From an uncultured Bacteroidales bacterium (GTDB lineage Bacteria; Bacteroidota; Bacteroidia; Bacteroidales; Bacteroidaceae): a DNA stretch of 64,000 nucleotides. The notes under the pieces are model-generated. The model was not told where the DNA came from. It worked only from the letters and a program-made list of their open reading frames with translations, and did no database searches. This document shows, one piece after another, positions 33,544-43,977 of this stretch; position 1 is the first letter of the stretch, and each line of letters starts with the position of its first letter. The DNA lies in assembly GCA_902776455.1 (NCBI GenBank), contig CACYQI010000026.1, positions 5,686 to 69,685 on the forward strand, in the 5' to 3' direction. The position numbers and the translations under genes are program-made.

Positions 33544-35676
33544 TCAGAAGAGTACCTTCTTCCCGTTCACGATGTATATGCCTTTGGGCAACTTGCGATT
33601 TACTAAGTGGCGGCCGCTGAGGTCGAAGATGCTTTCGTTTCTCTCAAGAGAGGTAGCCGGACTTATGCAACCACTGGCGTAGTCTTCAGTTGTCAGGATG
33701 CTAATCCTCGCCGGGGTGCTGGCCGTAACCTTCAGTTCGTTGGAAGAGAAAGACAAACACCATCGCTGCGGAGAAATCGCAGTTTCCTCCTCGGAATACA
33801 CTAATTCTCCATCCTGAAGGGTGTAGGTCTGTGCTATGGTCAGCATGTTGTAGTAGCCGAAGAAGGTGTAGAGGATGCCATTGAAGTTGTAGTCGGAACC
33901 GTGTTCTATGGCGGGAACAACTGTTGCATCAGGCAGGGTCAGCGTCTTTTCTCCTGGCGACTTCGCGCGGATAAGGTAAGGTGTGTTGGGCGATATGTTG
34001 CCGTCTTTCAGCACTTTAACCACCATATCAATCTCGTCCGTGATGCCGTCGTTGTTGGTGTCGTAATGGTGGAAGTCGTAGATATCTGCCACGTCGTACT
34101 CCTCAGCCCAGTCCTCATACTTCATGGCGAAGGGGACGTACAGAGATTCCCATTTCCCGTCGTAGGTGCGGGTATAAGTAATGTGCGGGTACGTCTTCTC
34201 TTCCGTGATGTTCAGGACTGTGTTATCGATTATGGCGAAGTCTTCCACCTTGGTAGCAAGGACAGCCTGATAAGTTTCGCTCAGCTTGTTTTTAGCCTTC
34301 AGATAATCAGATATGGTATAGGCACCAGGGTTGTCGAGTATCTCTTGGGCTTTGGCCATCGCTGTGTTGAAGGCAGCCATCTCAGTCTCTCCATATTGTC
34401 CGTCTTCGAAGTTATAGCTGCTGCATTCTGCATAGAGTGCTCCCAGTTCGTAGCGATCGGTGATGACGCGGCAGAGCCTGGCCGAGTTCTCCATGAGCGA
34501 TGCTCCGCAACAGGCAGCGCCCATCGAGGCATTGCTGTCTGTGTCGGTATAGGACTTTGTCCAATCCCAGTTGCAGAAGACGATGGGATAGCGCGAGAGG
34601 TTGAGGTTATCCCACATCGTCTTGGTGTTCTTCAGGATGAGGCGGCATAAGCTGGTTCGGTTGTTGGTCGGCATCTCTTCGTCGAGAACGTAGTTGACGG
34701 CATACGGGATGAGCACGGCCTTGAAGATGCTTTGGTCGCCGTTATGCCCTTCGTCGCGAAGGATGTTGTTGCCGTTGGTGCAACGTCCGCTCGTGAAGGC
34801 GTAGTTGTTATAGGTGAAAGCTAATGTGCGGTATTTGTTCTTGACAGCCGTTGACTCGTCGGAGACGTGGTAGAGTATGCGGCAAGCTTCGGCGAAGGTG
34901 CCTTGGGTGTAAGTCAGAGGCGGGTCTTCTACGCGGCCGTCGCTGAAGACAATCTTCTTGGACGTATAGGCATAGAGCTTCTTTGCATAGTCAAGGTATT
35001 TGGCCGTGCCGTACTTCTGATAGAGTTTGGCTGCAATGAGTGTGGCTGGCGACTGCGTGCAGGCATTCGGTCCGCTGCCTGCATCGGTGTTCCAAGGAAG
35101 CCAGAGTCCGCCCGTTGCCTCGTCCTCTTTGGCACGCTTGATGATGTAGTTGTCGAAAACCTGTCTGGCGACAATAGAGTAGGTACTGGTGCCTGTTGCC
35201 TCGCCTATGTGTAGGAGGGTGAGTGTTATCCAGCACATGTCGTCGGTATAAGGGTTCTCGAACATCTTATAGTCTGAGCTGGTGTTGGGCGACGAGCTGG
35301 AGCTTGCCGGAGCTCCTGAATAGTTGTTTGCCTTGTTCTTGTACCAGAGCTTGATGTAGCTCAAGTACTTGCTGGCAAGCTGAGCGTTAATCAACTTGTG
35401 ACGCTGGTAGGCGTAGATGATGACGTCGATGGCGTGTGCCTGCGTCCAGTAGGCATTGAAGGCATAGTGATTATAGGTGTCGTTGAAGATGCCTTTGGAC
35501 TTAATCATGAACGACTCGATGAAAGCATTGGTCATGGAGTCTGCCTTTGTCTCGTAGGTGTCGTTGAAGGTGCGGTAAAGGCTCTTGATGGCTGTTGTCT
35601 GGGCATATAGCGACCGACCGCCAACGAGCATCGAACTTCCGGTAAGGAGTAGGAGGAGAGTAAATCTTTTGAACAT
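33544..35676 (-). CDS. secreted GH76-like (alpha-1,6-mannanase family) protein with T9SS C-terminal domain
   Basis: Signal peptide. YWTQAHAIDVIIYAY and NPYTDDMCW (adjacent Asp pair) resemble GH76 blocks (from memory). C-terminus IFDLSGRHLVNRKLPKGIYIVNGKKVLF is CTD-like. Confidence 0.5.
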   Translation of the reverse strand: MFKRFTLLLLLTGSSMLVGGRSLYAQTTAIKSLYRTFNDTYETKADSMTNAFIESFMIKSKGIFNDTYNHYAFNAYWTQAHAIDVIIYAYQRHKLINAQLASKYLSYIKLWYKNKANNYSGAPASSSSSPNTSSDYKMFENPYTDDMCWITLTLLHIGEATGTSTYSIVARQVFDNYIIKRAKEDEATGGLWLPWNTDAGSGPNACTQSPATLIAAKLYQKYGTAKYLDYAKKLYAYTSKKIVFSDGRVEDPPLTYTQGTFAEACRILYHVSDESTAVKNKYRTLAFTYNNYAFTSGRCTNGNNILRDEGHNGDQSIFKAVLIPYAVNYVLDEEMPTNNRTSLCRLILKNTKTMWDNLNLSRYPIVFCNWDWTKSYTDTDSNASMGAACCGASLMENSARLCRVITDRYELGALYAECSSYNFEDGQYGETEMAAFNTAMAKAQEILDNPGAYTISDYLKAKNKLSETYQAVLATKVEDFAIIDNTVLNITEEKTYPHITYTRTYDGKWESLYVPFAMKYEDWAEEYDVADIYDFHHYDTNNDGITDEIDMVVKVLKDGNISPNTPYLIRAKSPGEKTLTLPDATVVPAIEHGSDYNFNGILYTFFGYYNMLTIAQTYTLQDGELVYSEEETAISPQRWCLSFSSNELKVTASTPARISILTTEDYASGCISPATSLERNESIFDLSGRHLVNRKLPKGIYIVNGKKVLF

Positions 35677-35795
35677 CTTATTACCTTATATTTAACATTA
35701 TGACAAAATCCGCTAAAGGCTTTAAGGACTTTAAGGTCATTGGGTACTTTAAGGTCCTTAAGGTCTTTAGGGATTTAAGAGAGCGTTATTTTAAT

Positions 35796-36197
35796 TTATT
35801 GCTTCTTCAGCAGGTCGCGAATCTCGGTGAGCAGTTTCTCTTCAGCACTTGGTTCGGGAGCCGGAGCTTCTGCTGCTTCTTCTTCTTCTTTCTTGCGGGA
35901 GAGAGCGGCGATGCCCTTCACCATGAAGAAGATACAGAGGGCGATGATGAGGAAATCGACTACGTTCTGGATGAACGCGCCATACTTGAGCACAGCAGCG
36001 CCTTCGCCTTCGCCTATCTGGAAAGCTAAGCTGCTGAAATCGACATTGCCTGTTGCCATACCGATGAGGGGCATCAGAACGTCGTCCACCAGACTGCTGA
36101 CAATCTTGCCGAATGCACCGCCGATGATGACACCGACAGCCATGTCCATCACGTTACCTTTAAGCGCGAACGCCTTGAAATCTTGAATAAATGACAT
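35796..36197 (-). CDS. mscL: large-conductance mechanosensitive channel
   Basis: 133 aa, [46 protein letters not shown]. Confidence 0.9.
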   Translation of the reverse strand: MSFIQDFKAFALKGNVMDMAVGVIIGGAFGKIVSSLVDDVLMPLIGMATGNVDFSSLAFQIGEGEGAAVLKYGAFIQNVVDFLIIALCIFFMVKGIAALSRKKEEEEAAEAPAPEPSAEEKLLTEIRDLLKKQ

Positions 36198-36279
36198 AAT
36201 GAGGTTTAGAATTAAATGATTTATAATTTACTTGTTTCTTATTCTTTCTGTCTGGAGTCGTATTACATCAATTTGTGCA

Positions 36280-36287
36280 CAAAGTTA
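36280..36287 (-). promoter_or_regulatory. -7 box TAACTTTG for mscL
   Basis: Plus strand reads caaagtta, 83 nt upstream of the ATG. Confidence 0.5.
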
Positions 36288-36382
36288 TAAAAAATAGAAG
36301 AAAGAAACGTGAAGAAAGTAAAATTATTCTCCTTAATGCTTAATTTTTTCACTTTTCGCTTTTCTTTTTGCGCATTTTGTTG

Positions 36383-36390
36383 TACCTTTG
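36383..36390 (+). promoter_or_regulatory. -7 box TACCTTTG for gap (about 230-nt leader)
   Basis: tgtacctttgcagcgc. The leader contains aaatagtaaatc word repeats. Confidence 0.55.
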
Positions 36391-36621
36391 CAGCGCAAAA
36401 GTAAAGAATTAAAGTGAAGAAGAGAGTCGTTTCCGTCTCAATATGCCTGCTCTTGACGCTGATAATGCTTGCCTGCAAGTCAGCTCACTACTGTAATTGC
36501 GGTTGATTCGCCATAATCGCAAAGGAATAGCAAGTTGAACAATCGCAAATATAATAAATAGTAAATCGTAAATCTTTAAATAGTAAATCACATTAACCCT
36601 TTTAATTTAAAACAAAACAAA

Positions 36622-37650
36622 ATGGCAAACGTAAAAGTCGCTATTAACGGTTTCGGCCGTATCGGTCGCCTCGCTTTCCGTCAGATGTTCGAGGCTGAAG
36701 GTTATGAAGTAGTTGCAATCAACGACCTGACCAGCCCCAAGATGCTGGCTCACCTGCTGAAGTACGACACAGCTCAGGGCGGTTTCGCTGGCAAGTTCGG
36801 CGAGAACAAGCACACCGTTGAGGCTACAGACAACTCCATCATTGTCGATGGTAAGGAAATCACTATCTACGCAGTTCCCAACGCTGCTGAGCTCCCCTGG
36901 GGCAAGATTGGCGTGGACGTAGTTCTCGAGTGCACAGGTTTCTACACAAGCAAGGAGAAGGCTTCTGCTCACATCCAGGCTGGTGCCAAGAAAGTTGTCA
37001 TCTCTGCTCCCGCTGGCAATGACCTCCCCACCATCGTTTACAACGTGAACCACAAGACTCTGAAGAAGGAAGACACGGTTATCAGCGCTGCTTCTTGCAC
37101 AACCAACTGTCTCGCTCCCATGACAAAGGCTCTGAACGACTACGCTCCCATCCAGAGCGGTATCATGACAACCGTTCACGCTTACACAGGCGACCAGATG
37201 ATTCTCGACGGTCCTCAGCGCAAGGGCGACCTGCAGCGTGCTCGTGCCGGTGCTGCCAACATCGTGCCCAACAGCACAGGTGCTGCCAAGGCTATCGGTC
37301 TCGTTATTCCTGAACTCAACGGCAAGCTCATCGGCGCCGCTCAGCGCGTTCCTACTTTCACCGGTTCTACTACCATCCTGCACGCTGTTGTCAAGGGTGA
37401 CGTTACCGTAGAAGGCATCAACGCAGCCATGAAGGCAGCAGCCAACGAGAGCTTCGGCTACACCGAGGAGAAGCTCGTCAGCAGCGACATCATCGGCATG
37501 AAGTTTGGCAGCCTCTTCGACGCCAACCAGACCATGGTCAGCAAGATGGAGGACGGCAACAGCCTCGTACAGGTTGTGGCTTGGTACGACAACGAGAACA
37601 GCTACACAAGCCAGATGGTTCGCACCATCAAGTACTTCGCTGAACTCTAA
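36622..37650 (+). CDS. gap: type I glyceraldehyde-3-phosphate dehydrogenase
   Basis: 342 aa. [11 protein letters not shown] motif and SCTTNCLAP catalytic motif. Confidence 0.95.
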   Translation: MANVKVAINGFGRIGRLAFRQMFEAEGYEVVAINDLTSPKMLAHLLKYDTAQGGFAGKFGENKHTVEATDNSIIVDGKEITIYAVPNAAELPWGKIGVDVVLECTGFYTSKEKASAHIQAGAKKVVISAPAGNDLPTIVYNVNHKTLKKEDTVISAASCTTNCLAPMTKALNDYAPIQSGIMTTVHAYTGDQMILDGPQRKGDLQRARAGAANIVPNSTGAAKAIGLVIPELNGKLIGAAQRVPTFTGSTTILHAVVKGDVTVEGINAAMKAAANESFGYTEEKLVSSDIIGMKFGSLFDANQTMVSKMEDGNSLVQVVAWYDNENSYTSQMVRTIKYFAEL

Positions 37651-37698
37651 TAAAGAGTGAGAGAAAATTTTTGATTTCATAGAAAATAATTTATTGGG

Positions 37699-37729
37699 GG
37701 TACTGCTTCGTGAGAAGCGGTACCTTTTT
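37699..37729 (+). terminator. rho-independent terminator of gap
   Basis: ggtactgcttc-gtga-gaagcggtacc followed by TTTTT. Confidence 0.8.
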
Positions 37730-37843
37730 GTTTCTTATTCAAACATCGCAATTATTGGTGTCCGGGGAAAAGCATGCGCACCTCAATTGATGCTCCTATC
37801 CATCGGCTTACCTGACGAAAAGCAGCTCATGGGGGCTTACTCT

Positions 37844-38056
37844 AAAGTCCCGAAGGGACGAGAGACCACAGACGGGGGCGCAAGCCCCCGGTAGTAGTGC
37901 GACAATCAAAGAAGCCCCGACGGGGCGACAGAGACCTAATCATGTTGTTATTAAACACGTTACATGTTCTGTCGCCCTTTCAGGGCTTAGTTTTGTTAAT
38001 TCGCTTGTACCGGGGGTTACACCCCCGTCTGTGGTCTATCGCGCCTCCGGTGCTTA
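37844..38056. repeat. 213-nt mirror-symmetric element made of six local hairpins around a central stem
   Basis: Hairpins at 37847-59, 37873-90 (GCAA loop), 37914-26 | 37974-86, 38011-27, 38041-53. Shared arms are agaccacagacggggg and cccccgtctgtggtct. Confidence 0.8.
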
Positions 38057-38191
38057 TTTAGCGGACAGCAATACAACGCAATAAGCCTACATCCTTAGGA
38101 AAGAAACTTTCATTTTCACTCTCCATATTCTCCTTCGCCGTAGGCAACGATTCTGTTCTTTCTGCACTTTCCGTATGAGATAACTTTGTTT

Positions 38192-38350
38192 TTTGTCAGA
38201 AGTTTTCGCAATGAGACGCGTTCTGGCGGCGTTTTTTTGTTTCTGCGGCACTTTGGTCCACCGAGCACAAGAAATCGTCTTAAATCGAATGGCACGTGAT
38301 AATCAATGAGTTACAAAAAGGCTTTTTGCGGGACTGTGTTAAGAAAGTGT
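38192..38350 (+). repeat. 159-bp dispersed element (X family), copy 2
   Basis: Colinear with 22396-22554. A TAACTTTG box lies at 38181-38188 immediately upstream. Confidence 0.8.
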
Positions 38351-38621
38351 ACAGACAACGTTGAATGTCATCAAACAGTACAAAGAAAATCGTGAAAAAC
38401 GACGAAGAGGAAGGGGGAAGATAGCATGGAGGAAAAAGCAACACAACGTGGAGAATCGTCCGATTCAACGTGGAGTGTAGAATGAGAAGGCGTGCAGAGG
38501 AGGGAAATGCCCTATGGGAAGGCAGGAAATTGTGTCGCGAATTTTCGGACACGTACCCTTTTCCTTTCGGAAGAAGCCTCCGTCCTTCCCCAAGACACGC
38601 TCTCAAGCAATGACTTCCCCT

Positions 38622-38765
38622 CCGTCCCATATGTTGCGTTGCCAAAGCAACATCACCAACTCCCTCCAGCCGTCCCGTATGTTGCGTTGCCAACGCAACA
38701 TCACCAACTCCCTCCAGCCGTCCCGTATGTTGCGTTGCCAACGCAACATCACCAACTCCCTCCAG
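38622..38765. repeat. 3 x 48-bp tandem repeat, each unit containing the palindrome tgttgcgttgccaacgcaaca (I family)
   Basis: Units at 38622-69, 38670-717 and 38718-65. The array ends 1 nt before the stop codon of the minus-strand regulator gene. Confidence 0.9.
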
Positions 38766-38766
38766 C

Positions 38767-40401
38767 TTAAACCGTCTCTGTATATTGTTTCTTCGGCACG
38801 TTCAGCAAGTAGCCGCATATCTCCTCGGCACGCTTCACCCTGTTCCAGACGGTTTGTATCTTGGCATCCATCACCTTGGCAATCTGCATCGGCTTCAAGC
38901 CAATCTTCATCAGGCAGATGGTGCGGAGCAGCGGCTCGCGAATCGGCCCATCCATTCGCTCCTGGACAGCCTCGATGAAGCCCGGGTAAAGTGCTGCCGT
39001 AGCCGTCATCAAGTCTTTCCACGAGGAGACTGTCAGGTATGCTTTCCCGGCCGCAATGTTGTGGAAGCGTTCCACCACATCTTCAGCCCTGACCTTCGCT
39101 TCGTTCATAAGGGCCATGCGCGTCAGTTCCTTGTTTATGGCCGCCTTTTGCTCAAGCAATTTCTTCCAGCCGACAATTTCTTCCACAAACTTCTTCCGAC
39201 GGAAGTTGTAGTACGCCACAAAGCATGTAGCAAGGCAAAGCGCTACGAGGCCCGCTATGATGGAGTAGAAGATGAGGTATTTGTCCCGCTGCATGATGGC
39301 CCTCTCTGCTTCCAGGTCCCGATGATAGCGGAACTCGTCCCTGGCTCTCTGTGTCTGCTCGAAAGCACGCTGGGCAATAATTGAGTCGTTGGTCTCGTAG
39401 AGACGTTGTCCCCACAAAGCAGCCTGCCGGAAGTCTCCCTTGCGGAAATAGCACCGCTGAAGGCCTGCTGTAGCCTCGTATCGTCCCGTCGCACTTCGCT
39501 CCTTATTATAATATATAATGTAATGGGCTATTGCCGAGTCTGTCCTCTCCTGGTTCTCATGGTGTCTGGCAAGGCAAAGCTCATAATTACCCGGGCGCTC
39601 GTTTGCCGGCATTTGCGACAGATGCCGGAGCAACGGCCCGACCTTCTCGTAGTGACCATAGTTGGAATATATGGCCAGCATGTACGACATCACGTCCCCA
39701 TACCTCTGCGGGAACTGCTCTTCTCGTATTGCCTTGTAGGCCAAGTCGCAGTAAAGCAGGCAGTGGAGCGTGTCGTTCTGGTGTTCGTAAGCCGAAGCCA
39801 CGTCCATCAGGTAACTCGCCGTGGAGCGGTTCCTCCTTCCTTTGGAATCGACGGAGGAGGCTTTCGCCAGTTCCACAGCCTGCTTTGCCACGTTCAACTC
39901 TTCCTCATAGTTCAGGACAAGCATATAGAGATACCTCAACTGCGAAAGCGCATTCTGCCATATCAGCGTATCGACGTCCCTCCCTTTCTCAGCGACATCA
40001 ACGGCTTTCAAGAAAAGACTTATGGCCCGAGGGTAGTCTTTCAGGTCGCGATAGGCACTGCCCAGATAGTAGAAGGCACGTTCCTTGTCGCAGTCATCCT
40101 CGCGCCCTTCGAAATAGGATACTGCTCGCTTGGCGGAGTCGGGAGAGGATGGTACGACGTCGAACTTGTCGCGCAAACGGATGGTCAACAGATTGTACTT
40201 CTGCCGGACGTGCTCTGTTGACTCCTTCACCGAGTCCTTCATGCCTTCTGTGCGAGCCTTTGCCTCTGACATTGATGTCTCGCAAAGCTGCCATATCTGC
40301 TCAATCTCGTTCAGCAATTGTTGCTCTCCCTTCTCATCCTTGCACGAGAAAAGCAATGCCGACAGGCAGAAGAAGAGGAATGATAGTGTTGTCTTACTCA
40401 T
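38767..40401 (-). CDS. membrane-anchored TPR protein with a C-terminal LuxR/sigma70-region-4-like HTH (DUF6377-like regulator)
   Basis: Lipobox LLFSC, TPR-like repeats, one TM helix (YLIFYSIIAGLVALCLATCFVAYY) and C-terminal LRTICLMKIGLKPMQIAKVMDAKIQTVWNRVKR. Confidence 0.55.
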   Translation of the reverse strand: MSKTTLSFLFFCLSALLFSCKDEKGEQQLLNEIEQIWQLCETSMSEAKARTEGMKDSVKESTEHVRQKYNLLTIRLRDKFDVVPSSPDSAKRAVSYFEGREDDCDKERAFYYLGSAYRDLKDYPRAISLFLKAVDVAEKGRDVDTLIWQNALSQLRYLYMLVLNYEEELNVAKQAVELAKASSVDSKGRRNRSTASYLMDVASAYEHQNDTLHCLLYCDLAYKAIREEQFPQRYGDVMSYMLAIYSNYGHYEKVGPLLRHLSQMPANERPGNYELCLARHHENQERTDSAIAHYIIYYNKERSATGRYEATAGLQRCYFRKGDFRQAALWGQRLYETNDSIIAQRAFEQTQRARDEFRYHRDLEAERAIMQRDKYLIFYSIIAGLVALCLATCFVAYYNFRRKKFVEEIVGWKKLLEQKAAINKELTRMALMNEAKVRAEDVVERFHNIAAGKAYLTVSSWKDLMTATAALYPGFIEAVQERMDGPIREPLLRTICLMKIGLKPMQIAKVMDAKIQTVWNRVKRAEEICGYLLNVPKKQYTETV

Positions 40402-40434
40402 ACTTCCTGTTTACTTGAATAACATTTTCAAGCG

Positions 40435-40442
40435 CAAAGTTA
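40435..40442 (-). promoter_or_regulatory. -7 box TAACTTTG for the TPR-HTH regulator
   Basis: Plus strand reads caaagtta, 34 nt upstream of ATG 40401. Confidence 0.65.
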
Positions 40443-40474
40443 CGCTATTTCTCAATAAATGGCAAGGAAATCCA

Positions 40475-40527
40475 CTCCCAACTGCTCCCAAATCAAAGAA
40501 AATTTGCCAGTTGGGAGCACTTGGGAG
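40475..40527. promoter_or_regulatory. 17-nt inverted repeat ctcccaactgctcccaa / ttgggagcacttgggag between divergent promoters (candidate operator)
   Basis: One mismatch, 19-nt spacer. It lies between the regulator promoter and the LRR-gene promoter. Confidence 0.45.
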
Positions 40528-40559
40528 CGATTTTATTTGGAACGAACTGCAAAACATCC

Positions 40560-40567
40560 TACCTTTG
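40560..40567 (+). promoter_or_regulatory. -7 box TACCTTTG for the second LRR locus
   Basis: 68 nt upstream of ATG 40635. Confidence 0.6.
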
Positions 40568-40634
40568 TCCCCGAAAACAATAACAACTCTAAAAAACGTC
40601 ACTACTATTTCACTTACATATAAATATATATAGT

Positions 40635-43600
40635 ATGAAACGCAGCATTTTATTTTTGCTTTGGGCAGTTACCATATTGTCTGCCAACGCTCTTGAGGTA
40701 ACAATCCACGGTTTGAACTATTTCTTGGATTCTAAAAGCCATGAGGCTGTCATTACCAGTGGTGGCACTTGCTCGGGCGAGTTGGACATCCCTTCAGAGG
40801 TATGCTACAATGGAGAGACATTTGTCGTAAAGAGCATGATCTGGAAAGCATTCGACGGATTGGTCGAACTGACAAAAGTGAGGATTCCAAAGACTCTTGA
40901 GAGCATCATGCATGAATACCCGCAAGAGCCTACTTATGAAGATGTAGAACTACCATATGTTTTCTACCCATGCACGAATCCTTTTACCAGATGTACCTCC
41001 CTTGAATCGATAGAGGTGGACGAAGAGAACCCTGGCATGAAGTCCGTCGGTGGTGTGCTCTTCAGCAAGGACGGGACATGGCTGTACGCCTATCCGGCTG
41101 GTATCAAAGCAGCAAGTTACGATGTGCCACAAGGTGTCACACAGGTAGGGACTTTCGCTCTTGCCAATGAAAATCTTAAGAAAATAGATTTGGCCGAGAG
41201 TGTACAAGCAGTCGGCCTCAATATATGTTACGATTCCTCGCTCGACACCTTGATAATTAGAGGAAGGAATGTTGAGGATATCAGTATGCGCGGCTGGTTC
41301 TTGGAATGTCTGAAAGATACAGCGAAACTCTATGTTCCTGCCTCAGAGGTTGACCGCTACAAGAGTCTGTATTCTGGGACTGTCCTGCCGCTGGAGGAAT
41401 ATGAAGGGAGGAAGGTAAATCAAGAGTACTTCCCCGAGGGGACGAAGTGGACGGAGATACGTTTGGACACCCTGAAGTACGATAGCTGGTACTCAAAGGT
41501 TGGAGACGAGTGGGTACCTAACTTTGAGACGATAGAATACCGCGTGCAAGGAGAGCATACGTCGTTTGGGACACATTATAAGTGTGTGTACAATAATGAC
41601 CCTGACTGGGCAGGTCAAGCCACTTTTTTAATCTACGAAAAAGACAATAATGAAGTGTTAGTTTCATTATTAGTTCTTGACGAAAATGGTAATGAATCTT
41701 ATACATTTGTGCCATCAGAAATTTATCAATTTAATTGGAGCATTGGACAATGGATGTGGTTTCAAACCCCAGATGAAACAAATACCACAGTTATCTTTCA
41801 AAAACGCTATAGCTATGGTATAATAGATGAAATAAAAGAAGGGTACTTCGGAGGTGTGAGTCCATTGAAATATGTGGATTTGGATGGCAAAGCGCCTGAT
41901 AATCCAGAACTAGAGCCAAAATATGTTGATACCAATGGTGGTCGTATTATTCAAGGAATAGGCATTACAGAGTGGAATGACGGGGAGTGCCTTTTGGGTC
42001 CAATCAACATGTATAAGTATCTGGATATGTGGGGCGTGGGTAGAGAACGTCACTACCGATCCATGCTTGTCCACTTCGAGCGCGACGGCGAGGTGCTTTA
42101 TGATGTTTGGCCTCGGAAGGGGAGTACTGTAGAGGTTGCTATTGATGGTTTGAATTATTTCCTGTACTTAGACAGACATGAGGCTGTTCTTACTAGCAGA
42201 AACAATTGCTCTGGCGAGGTGGACAAAGGTAAGGATACCCAAGACCATTGAGGAAATCATACATTATTATCCTGTTGACCCCGACTGGCTTGATCCGCCT
42301 ACAGGGATGGCCAATCCTATTTATGTAAATCCCTTTAAAGGATGCACCGCTCTTGAATCGATAGAGGTGGACGAAGAGAACCCATGCATGAAGTCCATAG
42401 ATGGCGTACTCTTCAGCCAAGATGGAGTTGGACAATACTATTATAAAACAGGCAGTTATTCAGGAACAGGGCTTTATTGCTATCCAGAAGGTGTCCGACA
42501 AGAGTCTTACACTATTCCTGAGAGTGTGGAATGGATTGGTGGAGCAGCTTTTCCCAATAATCAGTATCTTACTACATTGACGATACCGAACAGCATGAAA
42601 CACATATGTTATGATGCTTTCTCTGGCTGTTGCAATCTGACAGATGTCTATTGCTATGCAGAAAACGTCCCCATCGCATGGGACGGTGCATTCAGAAACG
42701 TTCCCATAGCTTCTGCCACGCTTCATGTGCCTGCTGGCTCTATAGAAGAGTACAAGACGACTTCGCCTTGGAGCAACTTCGGCAACATCGTGGCACTGCC
42801 AGATAATAATTCTTACTATTATTATTACAAAGGAAACAAGATTCCTTTAGCTCTGAACGAAAACAAGGTCGTTGTCAGCATCCCTAAAGAATGTGATGAA
42901 ACAAGCGAAAGGATTCAAGCAAATGTTCAAGTCCTGACGACAATAAAGGACAACTATTTCGACATTATTGTTATATCGCGGTCAGATTATGAGCATTTAA
43001 CCTCAATGGATTCCTGGGAAGAGGATGAAAGGAATGTGGTATTGTCATCCTGTTATTTTACAGAGAGAAACGATGAAGTTTGTGCATCGCCATATCTGAA
43101 TGTAAAAATCAAAAAGGAACAGGACACAGACTTGCTGAATGCGTATGTTGAACAGTATAAGCTCAGATATGGTGACTATAAACCCCTAATTACATTGTGG
43201 TATGTTTTGTCTGTTACACCCGAAACTGAGAAAGACCCATTGCAAGTGGCAAATGAACTGTATGAAAGTGGAGATTTTGCAGTATCAGTACCGGACTTGG
43301 TTGATATTGAACCTGAACCACTCGAACCAGTCACCTACACCGAAGAGCAGATGGCGACGATTGTGCTGCCGACGGAGCCGGATGCAAGCAAGGGGAAGTA
43401 CTATAGGCTGGACCGCGTGGAAGGTAATGAGATTGTCTTCGAGCAGGAGCTGCAGCCTTGCGCACATGTTCCTTATATTATTGTGCCGAGCGAGGACTTC
43501 AGCATTGAGGTGGACGCATTGGAGCTGGATGGTTTGCGCTGCGACACGGCGAGCGTGGAAGGCATCAGCTTTATCGGCACTTTCCAAAAGGAAGAGGTTG

Positions 43601-43965
43601 AAAGTCAGGAGGGCTTCTACATCGAACTCATCGACACGACGCCCGACTGCAGCCTTTCCGCCTCCGGGGAGGCAGGCAGAGAGGTGTACACGATTGGCAC
43701 CTTGCGTGCGTACTTGCTGGTACATTGGGACGACCCCTACAGTCATGGCGGCACGAAGACACCTGCAGAGAAGCTTGAGATAGTGCTGCATGACGATGCC
43801 ACAGGCATCGAATCAATTCAAAATTCAAAGTTCAAAGTTCAAAATGAGGATGCCGCCATCTACGATGTTGGCGGGAAACCGGTAAATCGTAAGTCGTTAA
43901 GCCGTAAATCGACCCGCGGTATATATATCCAGGATGGCAAGAAAGTCGCATTTAAGCAGGAGTAG
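40635..43965 (+). pseudogene. two-module BspA-like LRR protein with T9SS C-terminal domain, split by a frameshift at about 42225
   Basis: ORF 40635..42251 has the signal peptide but no CTD. ORF 42178..43965 has the CTD (IYDVGGKPVNRKSL...GIYIQDGKKVAFK) but no signal peptide. Module 2 repeats module 1 but lacks the 86 nt equivalent to 40789-40874. Confidence 0.7.
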
Positions 43966-43977
43966 GCCAAAGCCTAT

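Noticed and set aside
37694-37894. 66-aa ORF downstream of gap.
   Set aside because: It starts at TTG inside the gap terminator hairpin and runs through the six-hairpin element, with no coding signature.
40435-40567. An invertible promoter (inverton) at the divergent regulator/LRR intergenic region or upstream of the other surface-protein genes.
   Set aside because: The inverted repeats found do not flank the -7 boxes, and no invertase gene is nearby.
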